Positions 16,184 to 24,301 of a stretch of DNA of 64,000 bases are shown one piece after another. The first letter of the stretch is position 1. Each line of letters opens with the position of its first letter. Position numbers and translations under genes: made by a program. Under the pieces are notes generated by a model. That model saw only the letters and a list, made by a program, of their open reading frames with translations. It did no database searches and was not told where the DNA came from. This DNA comes from a virus, in the IMG/VR virus record IMGVR_UViG_3300035686_000004, positions 1 to 64,000 of that record; one strand, written 5' to 3'.

Positions 16184-16627
16184 GTGGAAGTTTCTGCATT
16201 AACAATTACTGCTCAGTCCCTTAGCGATATTCAGGCAGATAGCGAAAGAGTAGAGCAAGTTAAGGCATTTCAAAGGATGGGTTTTTGGGTTATTGCTTTG
16301 CGATCGCCGTTACCACGTGGCGGCTACAAACACAAGGTTTTGGAAGCTCATAGTAATGTAACCAACGCGGATACGCGACATGATTACCTAATTAAATACT
16401 TTTGGAATACAGGGTATCGTAGCGTTGAAGTGATTCTCTTGGAACCATTCTGGAAGGTTTGGGGAATGCAGGTAGACACTGAGGGCATCGAAGCCATTGG
16501 GTTATTCCCTAGTAAGGCGATCGCCGAACAATTTTGTGCCGCTGTCGATGGCTCCCTGTATAATGCCTTGTGGATAACTTTAGCGTCAGAGTCGATAAAC
16601 GAAGATACGGCTTATAACGCAGATTAG
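16184..16627 (+). CDS. hypothetical protein
   Basis: 147-aa ORF (GTG start after AGGAG), followed by a palindrome variant and a bidirectional terminator. Confidence 0.6.
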   Translation: MEVSALTITAQSLSDIQADSERVEQVKAFQRMGFWVIALRSPLPRGGYKHKVLEAHSNVTNADTRHDYLIKYFWNTGYRSVEVILLEPFWKVWGMQVDTEGIEAIGLFPSKAIAEQFCAAVDGSLYNALWITLASESINEDTAYNAD

Positions 16628-16636
16628 TTAGAACCT

Positions 16637-16650
16637 GTCTAATATTTGAC
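16637..16650. repeat. PAL14 variant GTCTAATATTTGAC
   Basis: 9 nt after the stop of 16184..16627, before the bidirectional terminator. Confidence 0.75.
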
Positions 16651-16663
16651 AAGTCAAAGAAAA

Positions 16664-16696
16664 AACCGTTTAGCGCTAGGGTAGCTAAACGGTTTT
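16664..16696. terminator. bidirectional terminator AACCGTTTAGC/GCTAAACGGTT
   Basis: An 11-bp stem flanked by AAAAA and TTTT, between the convergent genes 16184..16627 and 16744..17037. Confidence 0.7.
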
Positions 16697-16743
16697 GTAG
16701 TGTAAGATTCGCTTGATACGCCTGTACGCGCAGTAATCCTTTA

Positions 16744-17037
16744 TTATACCTCTTCTTGTGGCGCGTCGTTTTCTTCGGCAACTTCTCCGTTTGCCCGTAA
16801 ATGTATCATTAATTCAGCCGCGAGATCTTCTGAGATTTCATTTTTAGCGATCGCGCTAAAGAGTGCGTTAGATGCCCGGAAGCTACTAGAGGCTGCCTCT
16901 TCAATTTGGGGAAGAATTAAGCGCTTGAGTAACGCTCCTACTGGCTCTTGGTTTTTTGCCGCAAGTGCCCTCGCCAGTAAATAGTGAAATCCTGGAATGT
17001 ACAGATTCACCTTGTAGGTCTGCCTTTTGTCTGCCAT
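16744..17037 (-). CDS. small putative DNA-binding protein (RHH-like), candidate switch regulator
   Basis: 97 aa. The N-terminal YKVNLYIPGFHYLLARALAAKNQEPVGALLKRLI looks like strand-helix-helix. It is divergent from the 17218 gene across a region holding inverted operator-like repeats. Confidence 0.5.
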   Translation of the reverse strand: MADKRQTYKVNLYIPGFHYLLARALAAKNQEPVGALLKRLILPQIEEAASSSFRASNALFSAIAKNEISEDLAAELMIHLRANGEVAEENDAPQEEV

Positions 17038-17081
17038 TTTTAGTCCCTTTTAGCCTTGAAGCTTTTACTTTATCATTTGCG

Positions 17082-17098
17082 GGGGTGTCTGCAACGTG
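17082..17098. promoter_or_regulatory. operator-like 17-mer GGGGTGTCTGCAACGTG (site A)
   Basis: In the divergent region between 16744..17037 (-) and 17218..17601 (+). 15/17 identical to the reverse complement of site B. Confidence 0.5.
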
Positions 17099-17170
17099 TA
17101 CGCAGGTTGTTTTATGTATTTTGCCTTAATCAATCTAATTTGTTTATACCTAGCACTATAGGGTTGCCAG

Positions 17171-17187
17171 CACGTTGCACGCACCCC
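17171..17187. promoter_or_regulatory. operator-like 17-mer, inverted (site B, CACGTTGCACGCACCCC)
   Basis: Overlaps the candidate -35 (GTTGCA at 17174..17179) of the promoter-like GTGTTAGATA at 17192..17201. Confidence 0.5.
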
Positions 17188-17217
17188 TATAGTGTTAGAT
17201 ATAGGGACAAGAGGTCG

Positions 17218-17601
17218 ATGCAAATGCAGCAACTAGAGGTTAGACGGCTTTCTCCGTCAGAGTCAGCAAAAGAGAGGCAAGAGTTCTTTTTTGATACCTG
17301 CTCTACTGGATCAGCTGAAATTCCAAAGTCGGCGCGGGTAAAGTGGATTTGTCAGTATCTTGGCAAGAGCGATCGCACTGTAAAGCGATATCGCGATTTG
17401 TTGTTTGAGCATTGCTACGAATACCAGCAAATTACTTGTATCAATGGCATTGACAATCGAATTTTGCGCCGACGCCAAATTGAGTTACTCAAGGAGTTTT
17501 CCGATCTAGTCAATATATGGAATGACATTGAGTTCTCTTTAGAATGCTATCGGGTGAATCATTTGCATCCCCTCGATATCCCTGAAAACACAACTTCTTG
17601 A
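17218..17601 (+). CDS. hypothetical protein (possible HTH)
   Basis: The track ORF begins at 17056. I prefer the ATG at 17218 (MQMQQLEVRR), preceded by AAGAGG and lying downstream of the promoter-like GTGTTAGATA. Confidence 0.5.
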   Translation: MQMQQLEVRRLSPSESAKERQEFFFDTCSTGSAEIPKSARVKWICQYLGKSDRTVKRYRDLLFEHCYEYQQITCINGIDNRILRRRQIELLKEFSDLVNIWNDIEFSLECYRVNHLHPLDIPENTTS

Positions 17602-17613
17602 GATTGATACACC

Positions 17614-17865
17614 ATGCCGTCATTACCTCAAAATACAATTGAGGCATTGTTTCAAGAAATACCAGAAGACATGGCACGTCGCTACCCTTACGGCAGATGC
17701 AGGCTATGCAGCAAGGCGATCGCCGTTCCTGGCTTAGATGCCTATAAATGCAGTAATGCCGACTGCATCGCGTATACGCAATGGACGGTACCAAGTCTAA
17801 TATTAGACACTCTCAAGTATCAACCACAGTCTACAACTCGGAAAAAATCACCAAGGAAAAAATAA
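17614..17865 (+). CDS. small Cys-rich (zinc-ribbon-like) protein
   Basis: 83 aa with CRLC...CSNADC. It contains an in-frame palindrome copy (LILD). Its stop overlaps the next start (TAATG). Confidence 0.5.
   Translation: MPSLPQNTIEALFQEIPEDMARRYPYGRCRLCSKAIAVPGLDAYKCSNADCIAYTQWTVPSLILDTLKYQPQSTTRKKSPRKK
17795..17808. repeat. PAL14 perfect, inside coding sequence
   Basis: Within 17614..17865, read as LILD. It lies 57 nt upstream of the 17865 start. Confidence 0.95.
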
Positions 17866-18635
17866 TGACTAGCAAAAATGGCAAAACAGAGACATTAACA
17901 GCTCAATTATTAGCAGAGGAACTGCTAATAGACGCCAATGACCTTATCCCTCTTTTGTCAAAGATGGGCATCAAGAATGCAAAGGAGGACTCTATTGTTT
18001 CTGAGGCGATCGCTCGTAATGCCCGATTGGCTGTAGCAGCTATTAAGGCCAGAAGCAGCGTAGGTGATGCGATGCCTGCCTTGTCTGCCGGGAAGGAAGT
18101 AGATCCAGGGAGAGAGAGTGAAGTATCTAGCAACACTCAAGAATCCGTAAATGCACCAAAAGAGCAGTCAGGTAGCGGTGAAATTCAAATTCACCAAAAG
18201 CTAAAGCTAGCAGAGATCAAAGACGTCGCAGCTGCGACTGGGTTAAGTCAGACTATTATCAAGAAGTTTGATCAGGCACTTCATGATCGCGAATGTCAGA
18301 TTGCTTTTCTGGAAGGCTTTCAGCGATCGCAACGACAGAAAGAATTATTTGCTGCACGTGAAACAGGGCAAATTGCGGCGGAGTTGCAGGAAATTCAGCG
18401 ACGAGAAAAAGAACTAAGCGATCGCGAAGACTTGCTAGTCGAGCAAGGAACTTCAACGGCTAACCATCCAGTTGAATTAGCTAAGGCATTGGGGATAGAC
18501 ATCGATGCCATCCTGGGACAGCTGGAAGTCCAGGAACAACAGAAAGCCGAGCAACGATTAAACCAAAATACCGTCGAGGATGAGTCGCTAGACCCTTTTC
18601 AGAGGCTAGCAGCAAGGAAAAAACAGCAGGGCTAA
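17865..18635 (+). CDS. hypothetical coiled-coil protein
   Basis: The track ORF starts at 17781. The ATG at 17865 (MTSKNGK), preceded by AAGGA and overlapping the upstream stop, is more plausible. Confidence 0.6.
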   Translation: MTSKNGKTETLTAQLLAEELLIDANDLIPLLSKMGIKNAKEDSIVSEAIARNARLAVAAIKARSSVGDAMPALSAGKEVDPGRESEVSSNTQESVNAPKEQSGSGEIQIHQKLKLAEIKDVAAATGLSQTIIKKFDQALHDRECQIAFLEGFQRSQRQKELFAARETGQIAAELQEIQRREKELSDREDLLVEQGTSTANHPVELAKALGIDIDAILGQLEVQEQQKAEQRLNQNTVEDESLDPFQRLAARKKQQG

Positions 18636-18640
18636 ATCCC

Positions 18641-19186
18641 TTGTCGCAGCTAGCTAAACTAAAAAAATCCACTAGTTTAGCTAGCTTGCAATTAGAGGCA
18701 AAAGAGGTCGCTAAAATTGAACGTGATCTCCTTTGCTTTTTACTTGTTGCTAGCTATTCGGAGTCAGACAGTATGCTTTTCCCAACCTTTGCCGCGATCG
18801 CCGCCAAAGTCAGAAAACTTATTAGCGATCGCTCTGAAATATCCAGAGCAAAAAACGACATTGATTTAGAAATTCGCACGGAAGCCTTGGTGGGGGCGCT
18901 CTACAGGACAGGAATACCTCTCTATCTGTGCAAACGGAACGCAAAGGTCTTTATGGTTTTGCGTCCAGATTTTGATCTTAATGCCCCAAAATACAGAAGA
19001 ATCAAGGGCTTACTGGATTTTCATGCCGACGAATTTGTCAATGCTTATCTAAGCATTGGTGAGCAAAATGGGCGTCACGTCGCCGATCAGTGGCTTAAAT
19101 ACATCAGGGATAATGACATCATTTTTGCGAGAATTTGCGCATTGCCTGATGATATGCCTACAAAATATCTGTTTGGTGGGCTGTAG
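18641..19186 (+). CDS. hypothetical protein
   Basis: 181-aa ORF with a TTG start as given by the track. Start uncertain. Confidence 0.5.
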   Translation: MSQLAKLKKSTSLASLQLEAKEVAKIERDLLCFLLVASYSESDSMLFPTFAAIAAKVRKLISDRSEISRAKNDIDLEIRTEALVGALYRTGIPLYLCKRNAKVFMVLRPDFDLNAPKYRRIKGLLDFHADEFVNAYLSIGEQNGRHVADQWLKYIRDNDIIFARICALPDDMPTKYLFGGL

Positions 19187-19194
19187 TAGATGTT

Positions 19195-19208
19195 GTCTAA
19201 TATTAGAC
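19195..19208. repeat. PAL14 perfect
   Basis: Between the 19186 stop and the 19222 start (followed by GGAG). Confidence 0.95.
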
Positions 19209-19221
19209 TGGAGAACAAACA

Positions 19222-19689
19222 ATGAAAAAAGCAGCAAGATTATTTAAGGAAGAGTACACAGCGATCGCTATCACTTTACTCCAGTTGTGTTTTGCTCTTG
19301 GTACAGATCAAGTAAAAGCACCCTGGCAATTATTTGTTTTTTCCCTTATCAGCTACATATTGACGTCTTATTTGGTTGACAACTGCATTGAATTGCACAG
19401 GATTCGCAAAAGGCTAGAGACAATGCAGCGACATCAACTGCAATCAACTGAGCTTGCCCTACGGTTTGGTTTTGAGTGGAGGCAATACCTGACCAGTGAG
19501 GAACTTGATCTGTTTTGGCGTAAAGAATTAACAGAAGCGCAGATTATAGAGCTATTGCGATCGCGCCAAAGCATATTGTGGAGCCATGTGAAGACTGATT
19601 GTAGGTTTTTTTCGGGCAATGCATATTTAAAGTGCGCTGTTAACCCGAATTTGCCGTGTTGTGACTGCCCGGAGCATAGCCGCAACTAA
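19222..19689 (+). CDS. membrane protein with C-terminal Cys cluster
   Basis: 155 aa. Two N-terminal hydrophobic segments, a C-terminal CAVNPNLPCCDC, and GGAG upstream. Confidence 0.6.
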   Translation: MKKAARLFKEEYTAIAITLLQLCFALGTDQVKAPWQLFVFSLISYILTSYLVDNCIELHRIRKRLETMQRHQLQSTELALRFGFEWRQYLTSEELDLFWRKELTEAQIIELLRSRQSILWSHVKTDCRFFSGNAYLKCAVNPNLPCCDCPEHSRN

Positions 19690-19831
19690 CACTCATGCTT
19701 CAAGTCGTACTACAGGATTTAAGGAAGTATCACGGAAGTTAGGCGATCGCTGGAAGTATTTTATTGACACAAATCGGTGTATTTTGCGGTAAGCACATCA
19801 CTGATTTCGCGAAATGAACCCGACATGAAAA

Positions 19832-19914
19832 GCGAAATGCTTTAACCATGCGGGTTTTAGCGTTTTGGTGATGAGATATCGTCAAAATGCGAAATCCTTC
19901 AACCATGCGGGTTT
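19832..19914. repeat. two 26-nt direct repeats GCGAAATSCTTYAACCATGCGGGTTT (57-nt period)
   Basis: Copies at 19832..19857 and 19889..19914 are 24/26 identical. A partial third copy (GCGAAATGAACC) starts at 19809. They lie in the 530-bp non-coding gap 19690..20221. Confidence 0.7.
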
Positions 19915-20221
19915 CACATACGTCAAAGTAGGTTACGTAAAATACGTCAGGAAGATATAAAACGCGGCATTAATGACAGGGAAGATTTTGATCGGTTGGT
20001 TTTGTAAAGAATTGTTACGATTTTGATAATTTTCCGTTGCTGCAACCTTTGCAGGAAGAGGATTTCAGGACTTCCGACGCAAAATCAAGGTTTTCAAATC
20101 CTTTCGACTTCCTCCTTCCAGTAAGGGTTTCAGGCGTCATTTATTTAACTGGAATGAAGTCTGCTGTTTGCTTCCTTTTGTAGTATGTGCTACCCTTTTC
20201 TTTTTGTTGATGGGTGTTAGA

Positions 20222-20995
20222 ATGAATTACAGCACACCACCATCACCGATTAACATCATGAATTCCGAGCAAAAGCTGGATGTAATCCTTGAGCGCTTAG
20301 ATGCTATTTGTCTGCACCAAAACGAGCTGGCTCAACAGCAAGAGAGAACTCGAAAATTAATTGCTGAGATGATTCAGTTATGTCAACACATCGTTAACAT
20401 TCATGCCACGAACCAAGGTGACGAAGTCAAAGGCATTTCTGCTCGAACATTATCGCTAGCCGAGCGATTAAGTGAAGAATCGAGAATGAGAAAAGAATTT
20501 GGCGATCATGAATTGTCTGAGGAATTAAGGCTATTTGCGCGGCGCTTGCTAAAGCATTCCGTTAATGGCTCTACAGATTTAGATGCACAACTGGCAAGCA
20601 TTTATTCACAGACCGTGCAATTACAGCGGCATCCCGGTTCTTTGGCGATCAAGTATTCCACGGGGATTACATCAAATATTGCTGCGGAAGATTCTCAGCC
20701 TTTTCCTTCTAAACAGATAGATATGCTGAATTTTAGACCTCCTGTCCCTTTGCCAATACCTCAGTCTCGTCAACTTACTCCACCGGAATTGCTTTCTTGT
20801 GCATGGTTTTATTATTGGCGTGAAGCTGCAACAGGCGAAGCAAATATTAAAACGAGGAAATTGTTACTTCGGCATTTATACGGAGTTGAGGAGGGGCGCG
20901 CATCGTCGGTTTACCGACCTGCGATCGCGGAAAACCTGGGGACAAGAGTTAAGCGCTTAATTTCTGCAATTACGCAATCCGCAGAGCAAGGTTAG
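20222..20995 (+). CDS. hypothetical protein sharing a C-terminal domain with the 22599..24293 product
   Basis: The track ORF starts at 20168 (TTG). ATG at 20222 or 20258 is more likely. The C-terminal WFYYWREAATGE...LLLRHLYGVEEGRASSVY...ENLGTRVKRLI is paralogous to WFFFWRALATDG...LLWHVYGVREGRASSSY...ESLGQRVKRIL. Confidence 0.6.
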   Translation: MNYSTPPSPINIMNSEQKLDVILERLDAICLHQNELAQQQERTRKLIAEMIQLCQHIVNIHATNQGDEVKGISARTLSLAERLSEESRMRKEFGDHELSEELRLFARRLLKHSVNGSTDLDAQLASIYSQTVQLQRHPGSLAIKYSTGITSNIAAEDSQPFPSKQIDMLNFRPPVPLPIPQSRQLTPPELLSCAWFYYWREAATGEANIKTRKLLLRHLYGVEEGRASSVYRPAIAENLGTRVKRLISAITQSAEQG

Positions 20996-21033
20996 CAAAA
21001 TACCTAGGGTGTCATCTACTCTTTTAGTCAATT

Positions 21034-21047
21034 GTCTAATATTAGAC
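21034..21047. repeat. PAL14 perfect
   Basis: 8 nt upstream of the TTGACA at 21056. Confidence 0.95.
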
Positions 21048-21055
21048 CCGCAGTA

Positions 21056-21087
21056 TTGACATTAAAATAGGGTGTTAGATATAGTAT
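21056..21087 (+). promoter_or_regulatory. early-type promoter-like motif (TTGACA ... GGGTGTTAGATATAGTAT)
   Basis: The motif is present, but the spacer to TAGATA is only 14 nt, so the exact -10 is ambiguous. Confidence 0.4.
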
Positions 21088-21112
21088 ATAAAGTTGCGTA
21101 CAACTAAATGAG

Positions 21113-21433
21113 ATGAGTTATCCCACTAGAATCAAGCGTCTAGCAAAGCATTTAAAAGTCGCGCCTAGCCAAGTAAAGATTGCCCAGGAATGGTGTAATT
21201 GCTGGTTTGTGGTAATTAGAGGTGTAGGTGCTCGTTTTGTCTCCAAGGCAATCACAAGTATCAAGACGGTGGTTGCTAAGGTGTTCTCAATCGTCGAGGG
21301 CTATACCATTGCACCCTGGGAAGTACAAAAGCTAGAGGTAGTCGGAGATCAGGTGCATGTACGGATAAGAGGGCAATTGACATATTGTGGAGTGGATTAT
21401 TTCAGAGAGTTAGTGCAACAACTGAGTGATTAG
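21113..21433 (+). CDS. hypothetical protein
   Basis: 106-aa ORF downstream of a palindrome plus the GGGTGTTAGAT motif. Confidence 0.6.
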   Translation: MSYPTRIKRLAKHLKVAPSQVKIAQEWCNCWFVVIRGVGARFVSKAITSIKTVVAKVFSIVEGYTIAPWEVQKLEVVGDQVHVRIRGQLTYCGVDYFRELVQQLSD

Positions 21434-21481
21434 CGCGATCGCCTCGGTTACGACTAATCAATTACTAAGTCTTATCAAAAA

Positions 21482-21498
21482 AGGGGTGCATGCAACGT
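21482..21498. promoter_or_regulatory. operator-like 17-mer GGGGTGCATGCAACGTG (site C)
   Basis: 16/17 identical to the reverse complement of site B. Lies 56 nt upstream of 21554..22375. Confidence 0.45.
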
Positions 21499-21553
21499 GC
21501 TGAGAGGGCTATCATGGTATTAGTTCACCATCTAATACCAATCTAATCCCAGT

Positions 21554-22375
21554 ATGCCAAGAGCAAAAGCAACGTTCCAAAAAACACACAAGCTTGATTC
21601 TTCGGATTCCAGTGCTCCGGCAACCGAGGCAAATGCAGCACAATCATTGAATGTATCTAATGAAGTTGCAGGGGGCTTAAGCGTTGTCCCGCGACCCACT
21701 CAGGCTATATCTGCTGAGTTAATAGATGAGCAGCACCCTCAAAAGCAAGATGCCTTTAAGTTGCTGGAGCAAGCATCCAGTCTAGTTGCAAAATTTACGG
21801 CGGTTACCAGCGATCGCGTTGAATTAGTCGAGCAGGAAATGATGGGATTGATGAGCGGTGATCTAACCGTTGATCAATTGCAGGCTAAGTATGGAGCGCT
21901 TGATGCAGTAGAGGCAGATGCAATCAAGCATCAGCTGTCTCGTGTAATGAACGCGATGGGGGTCGAAATTGAGAAAACTCTCGTTGAACGCAAGGGCATC
22001 CAAGTTCAAAAGGAAAAAGCTTTGACTGCATTGTCCGGGCTAAAAGCTGCATTTGAGTTGCAGTCAGAGGCAGAAAAAGTAGCCGACACCAGAGATGAGG
22101 CAGCCTACCAAGGCGATAAGCGACAACAGTCTAATATTACCCGTACTCAGGATATTCGATATCGGAGCGACTGGAACCGATTAGATCAGGAGGATAAAGT
22201 AGATCGCATCAATCACAAGTCCCAGATCAATGACATTGAATCCAGAATTCGCGCTGTTATTCGCAAAGGTGCTCAGTCGCGCCTAGACGTGCAAACGTAT
22301 AAGACGGCGAATCAGCTGACGGTAGCCGATCGCATAATGGCAAAAGTTAAAGCAAGGGGAGAAATCAGTAAATGA
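21554..22375 (+). CDS. hypothetical protein
   Basis: 273-aa ORF. An operator-like 17-mer lies at 21482..21498 upstream. Confidence 0.65.
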   Translation: MPRAKATFQKTHKLDSSDSSAPATEANAAQSLNVSNEVAGGLSVVPRPTQAISAELIDEQHPQKQDAFKLLEQASSLVAKFTAVTSDRVELVEQEMMGLMSGDLTVDQLQAKYGALDAVEADAIKHQLSRVMNAMGVEIEKTLVERKGIQVQKEKALTALSGLKAAFELQSEAEKVADTRDEAAYQGDKRQQSNITRTQDIRYRSDWNRLDQEDKVDRINHKSQINDIESRIRAVIRKGAQSRLDVQTYKTANQLTVADRIMAKVKARGEISK

Positions 22376-22530
22376 AGTGTGACATCTACACAGTGTTTTT
22401 GCTACTCAGTGGGCTACTCATTGCATTGACCCTGCATTCATTGCTACAGCTGGTCATGCCTTCCCTGGTGGCAGGAGTTATTTTAAGCGCGATCGCTGTA
22501 ACTGTGGTTTTCAGGGTGGTTGAATTATAA
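22372..22530 (+). CDS. 52-aa two-TM membrane peptide
   Basis: Not in the track. Its ATG overlaps the upstream stop (ATGA). Translation: MKCDIYTVFLLLSGLLIALTLHSLLQLVMPSLVAGVILSAIAVTVVFRVVEL. The stop is immediately followed by a palindrome copy. Confidence 0.5.
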   Translation: MKCDIYTVFLLLSGLLIALTLHSLLQLVMPSLVAGVILSAIAVTVVFRVVEL

Positions 22531-22544
22531 GTCTAATATTAGAC
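22531..22544. repeat. PAL14 perfect
   Basis: Starts on the base after the TAA of 22372..22530. Confidence 0.95.
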
Positions 22545-22598
22545 AGGGCTAGGTTGTTATTGGCGACCTAGCCCATCACAACTAAGGGAGATGGAGAA

Positions 22599-24293
22599 AT
22601 GACAAAAAAAGAAGAAAGAACCAAAGGTAAAGAGCGTGAACGATTGATGGCGCTCGTGTTTGCTGTTGCTGGCATAGGAGTACTATTAAGCCCTTTGCCG
22701 AATGCAACTAAGTTAATCGTAGGATTGTCAGGGAGTGGGCTTTGTGCATTGCAGGCGATTGATATTAAGGAATCGCGGCATAGGGATGCTTTAAGGAAGC
22801 TAGACAGAGAAGCTGAATTGAATCAAAAGGAGATTTTACTAGAGGCAAAATATAAAGAGCTAGATGCAGCTCTGATTTTGTTGGAAACCAAAGAGGCGGA
22901 GATTGCTTCAAAAAAACGAACCATTGAGACAGAGATCGGTTTAGCGAAAAAGGAATTAGAGGCAGAATTAGCACGTGACCGAGATAGGTTTCGGCGTAAA
23001 TTAGAGCACGATGAAAACATGTTCAGAGATGAACTGAAACAGGTGCAAGAGCTTGAGTTATCTAGGCTAAAAAAAGAATCAGAAATATTGCGCCAGCAGA
23101 TTGAACAACTTGAAAGCGATCGCGCCTTGAAGCTACAGCAAATTGCAATTGAAGCAGGACAACTAAAAGACGAACTAAAAGAAGAATTAGACATTTTAGA
23201 AGAGGAACTAGAAGAAATAAGAGCAGCAAAAATAAACGAGATTGAAACCGAAGTTAAAAAACTTTGGGATGCATGGGAGAAAGAAAGAGAATCTAAGCGT
23301 GCAGCGGATGCAAAAGAATTAGAAGAGGCAGAGGAAGCTTTGGCTAATCAATTTGTTGAAAACAGAGATCAATTAATTGTGGAGCTAGAGGAACTAAAAA
23401 CAAGTTTAAGAAAGGAGGCTGAACAAAATTACGAGAATTGGTTAGTGCCTCACTGCCAAGAGATGGATGAAAAGATCCGAGAGATTGAGGCATTAAAGGC
23501 AACAATTCAAATGCTACGTGAGCAAATAGCAGAAAGCAGGGATATTAAGTTGTCTGGGCAAGATGGCACGGAATGGGGTGACCGTTCGGACAAGGTGTTA
23601 CTTTGGCTTAAAGAAAATGGGATTCCCTGCGATTATTGCAACTCTGATATTCTCCCTGACGGGCGCTTTGTGCTTAATTTTATGCCGTGGGTTGTCGGCA
23701 AGAAAACCGAATCGGCGCTTAAAGGTTTACTGATATGGATGATTGACAAGTTTGGACTAAAAGAAATACCTGTCCTGGAACCGAATGGCTATGCACGGGC
23801 ATGGCGGCTAACAATGGTAAGTGTTCATACAAGAATTAATGGACGATCGCCTAATGTTGACTTGCATCGCATGGATCAGTTTTACACTCAGCAAGTACCT
23901 GAAATTGAGCAAATGAGGGTTGGCGAAACATTTAAGGATATAGAACCGGAAATCAGAAGAGGTGTTGCCCAGCAACTGAACTATCAACAGCAAGTGGCTG
24001 AGATGATGGCATTTAAGCCGTCGATTTTACCAAAACCAAGAACACAGCAAATAACCGAATTGGAGCTGGTAACCTGCAAATGGTTCTTTTTCTGGAGGGC
24101 ACTTGCTACGGACGGAGATCAGCCGAATGTAACTACCAGAGAGGGGTTACTTTGGCACGTTTACGGTGTGCGAGAGGGGCGCGCATCTAGCTCTTACGAT
24201 TCGTTGATGTGTGAATCCCTTGGGCAGCGCGTTAAGCGAATCCTTGACATTCTTAAGGTCGAATCCACTGAATTAGAAAATAATGAGGAGTAA
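22599..24293 (+). CDS. membrane-anchored long coiled-coil protein with conserved C-terminal domain
   Basis: 564 aa. N-terminal TM segments are followed by about 270 aa of E/K/L-rich coiled coil, and then the C-terminal domain paralogous to the 20222..20995 product. Confidence 0.75.
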   Translation: MTKKEERTKGKERERLMALVFAVAGIGVLLSPLPNATKLIVGLSGSGLCALQAIDIKESRHRDALRKLDREAELNQKEILLEAKYKELDAALILLETKEAEIASKKRTIETEIGLAKKELEAELARDRDRFRRKLEHDENMFRDELKQVQELELSRLKKESEILRQQIEQLESDRALKLQQIAIEAGQLKDELKEELDILEEELEEIRAAKINEIETEVKKLWDAWEKERESKRAADAKELEEAEEALANQFVENRDQLIVELEELKTSLRKEAEQNYENWLVPHCQEMDEKIREIEALKATIQMLREQIAESRDIKLSGQDGTEWGDRSDKVLLWLKENGIPCDYCNSDILPDGRFVLNFMPWVVGKKTESALKGLLIWMIDKFGLKEIPVLEPNGYARAWRLTMVSVHTRINGRSPNVDLHRMDQFYTQQVPEIEQMRVGETFKDIEPEIRRGVAQQLNYQQQVAEMMAFKPSILPKPRTQQITELELVTCKWFFFWRALATDGDQPNVTTREGLLWHVYGVREGRASSSYDSLMCESLGQRVKRILDILKVESTELENNEE

Positions 24294-24301
24294 CAAAAAA
24301 C

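Noticed and set aside
17056-17217. The N-terminal extension of ORF 17056..17601, and the 17781 start of the next large ORF.
   Set aside because: The extensions would run through the divergent promoter/operator region or the preceding gene. Internal ATGs at 17218 and 17865 have RBS-like sequences, and 17865 overlaps the upstream stop.
22129-22142. GTCTAATATTACCC inside 21554..22375, ATCCAATATTGGAC at 61640 inside 61267..62058, and several half-sites (for example near 27971, 36662, 45064, 47692 and 54838).
   Set aside because: They have two or more asymmetric mismatches or are only a half-site within coding sequence, so they are not distinguishable from chance relatives of an AT-rich motif.
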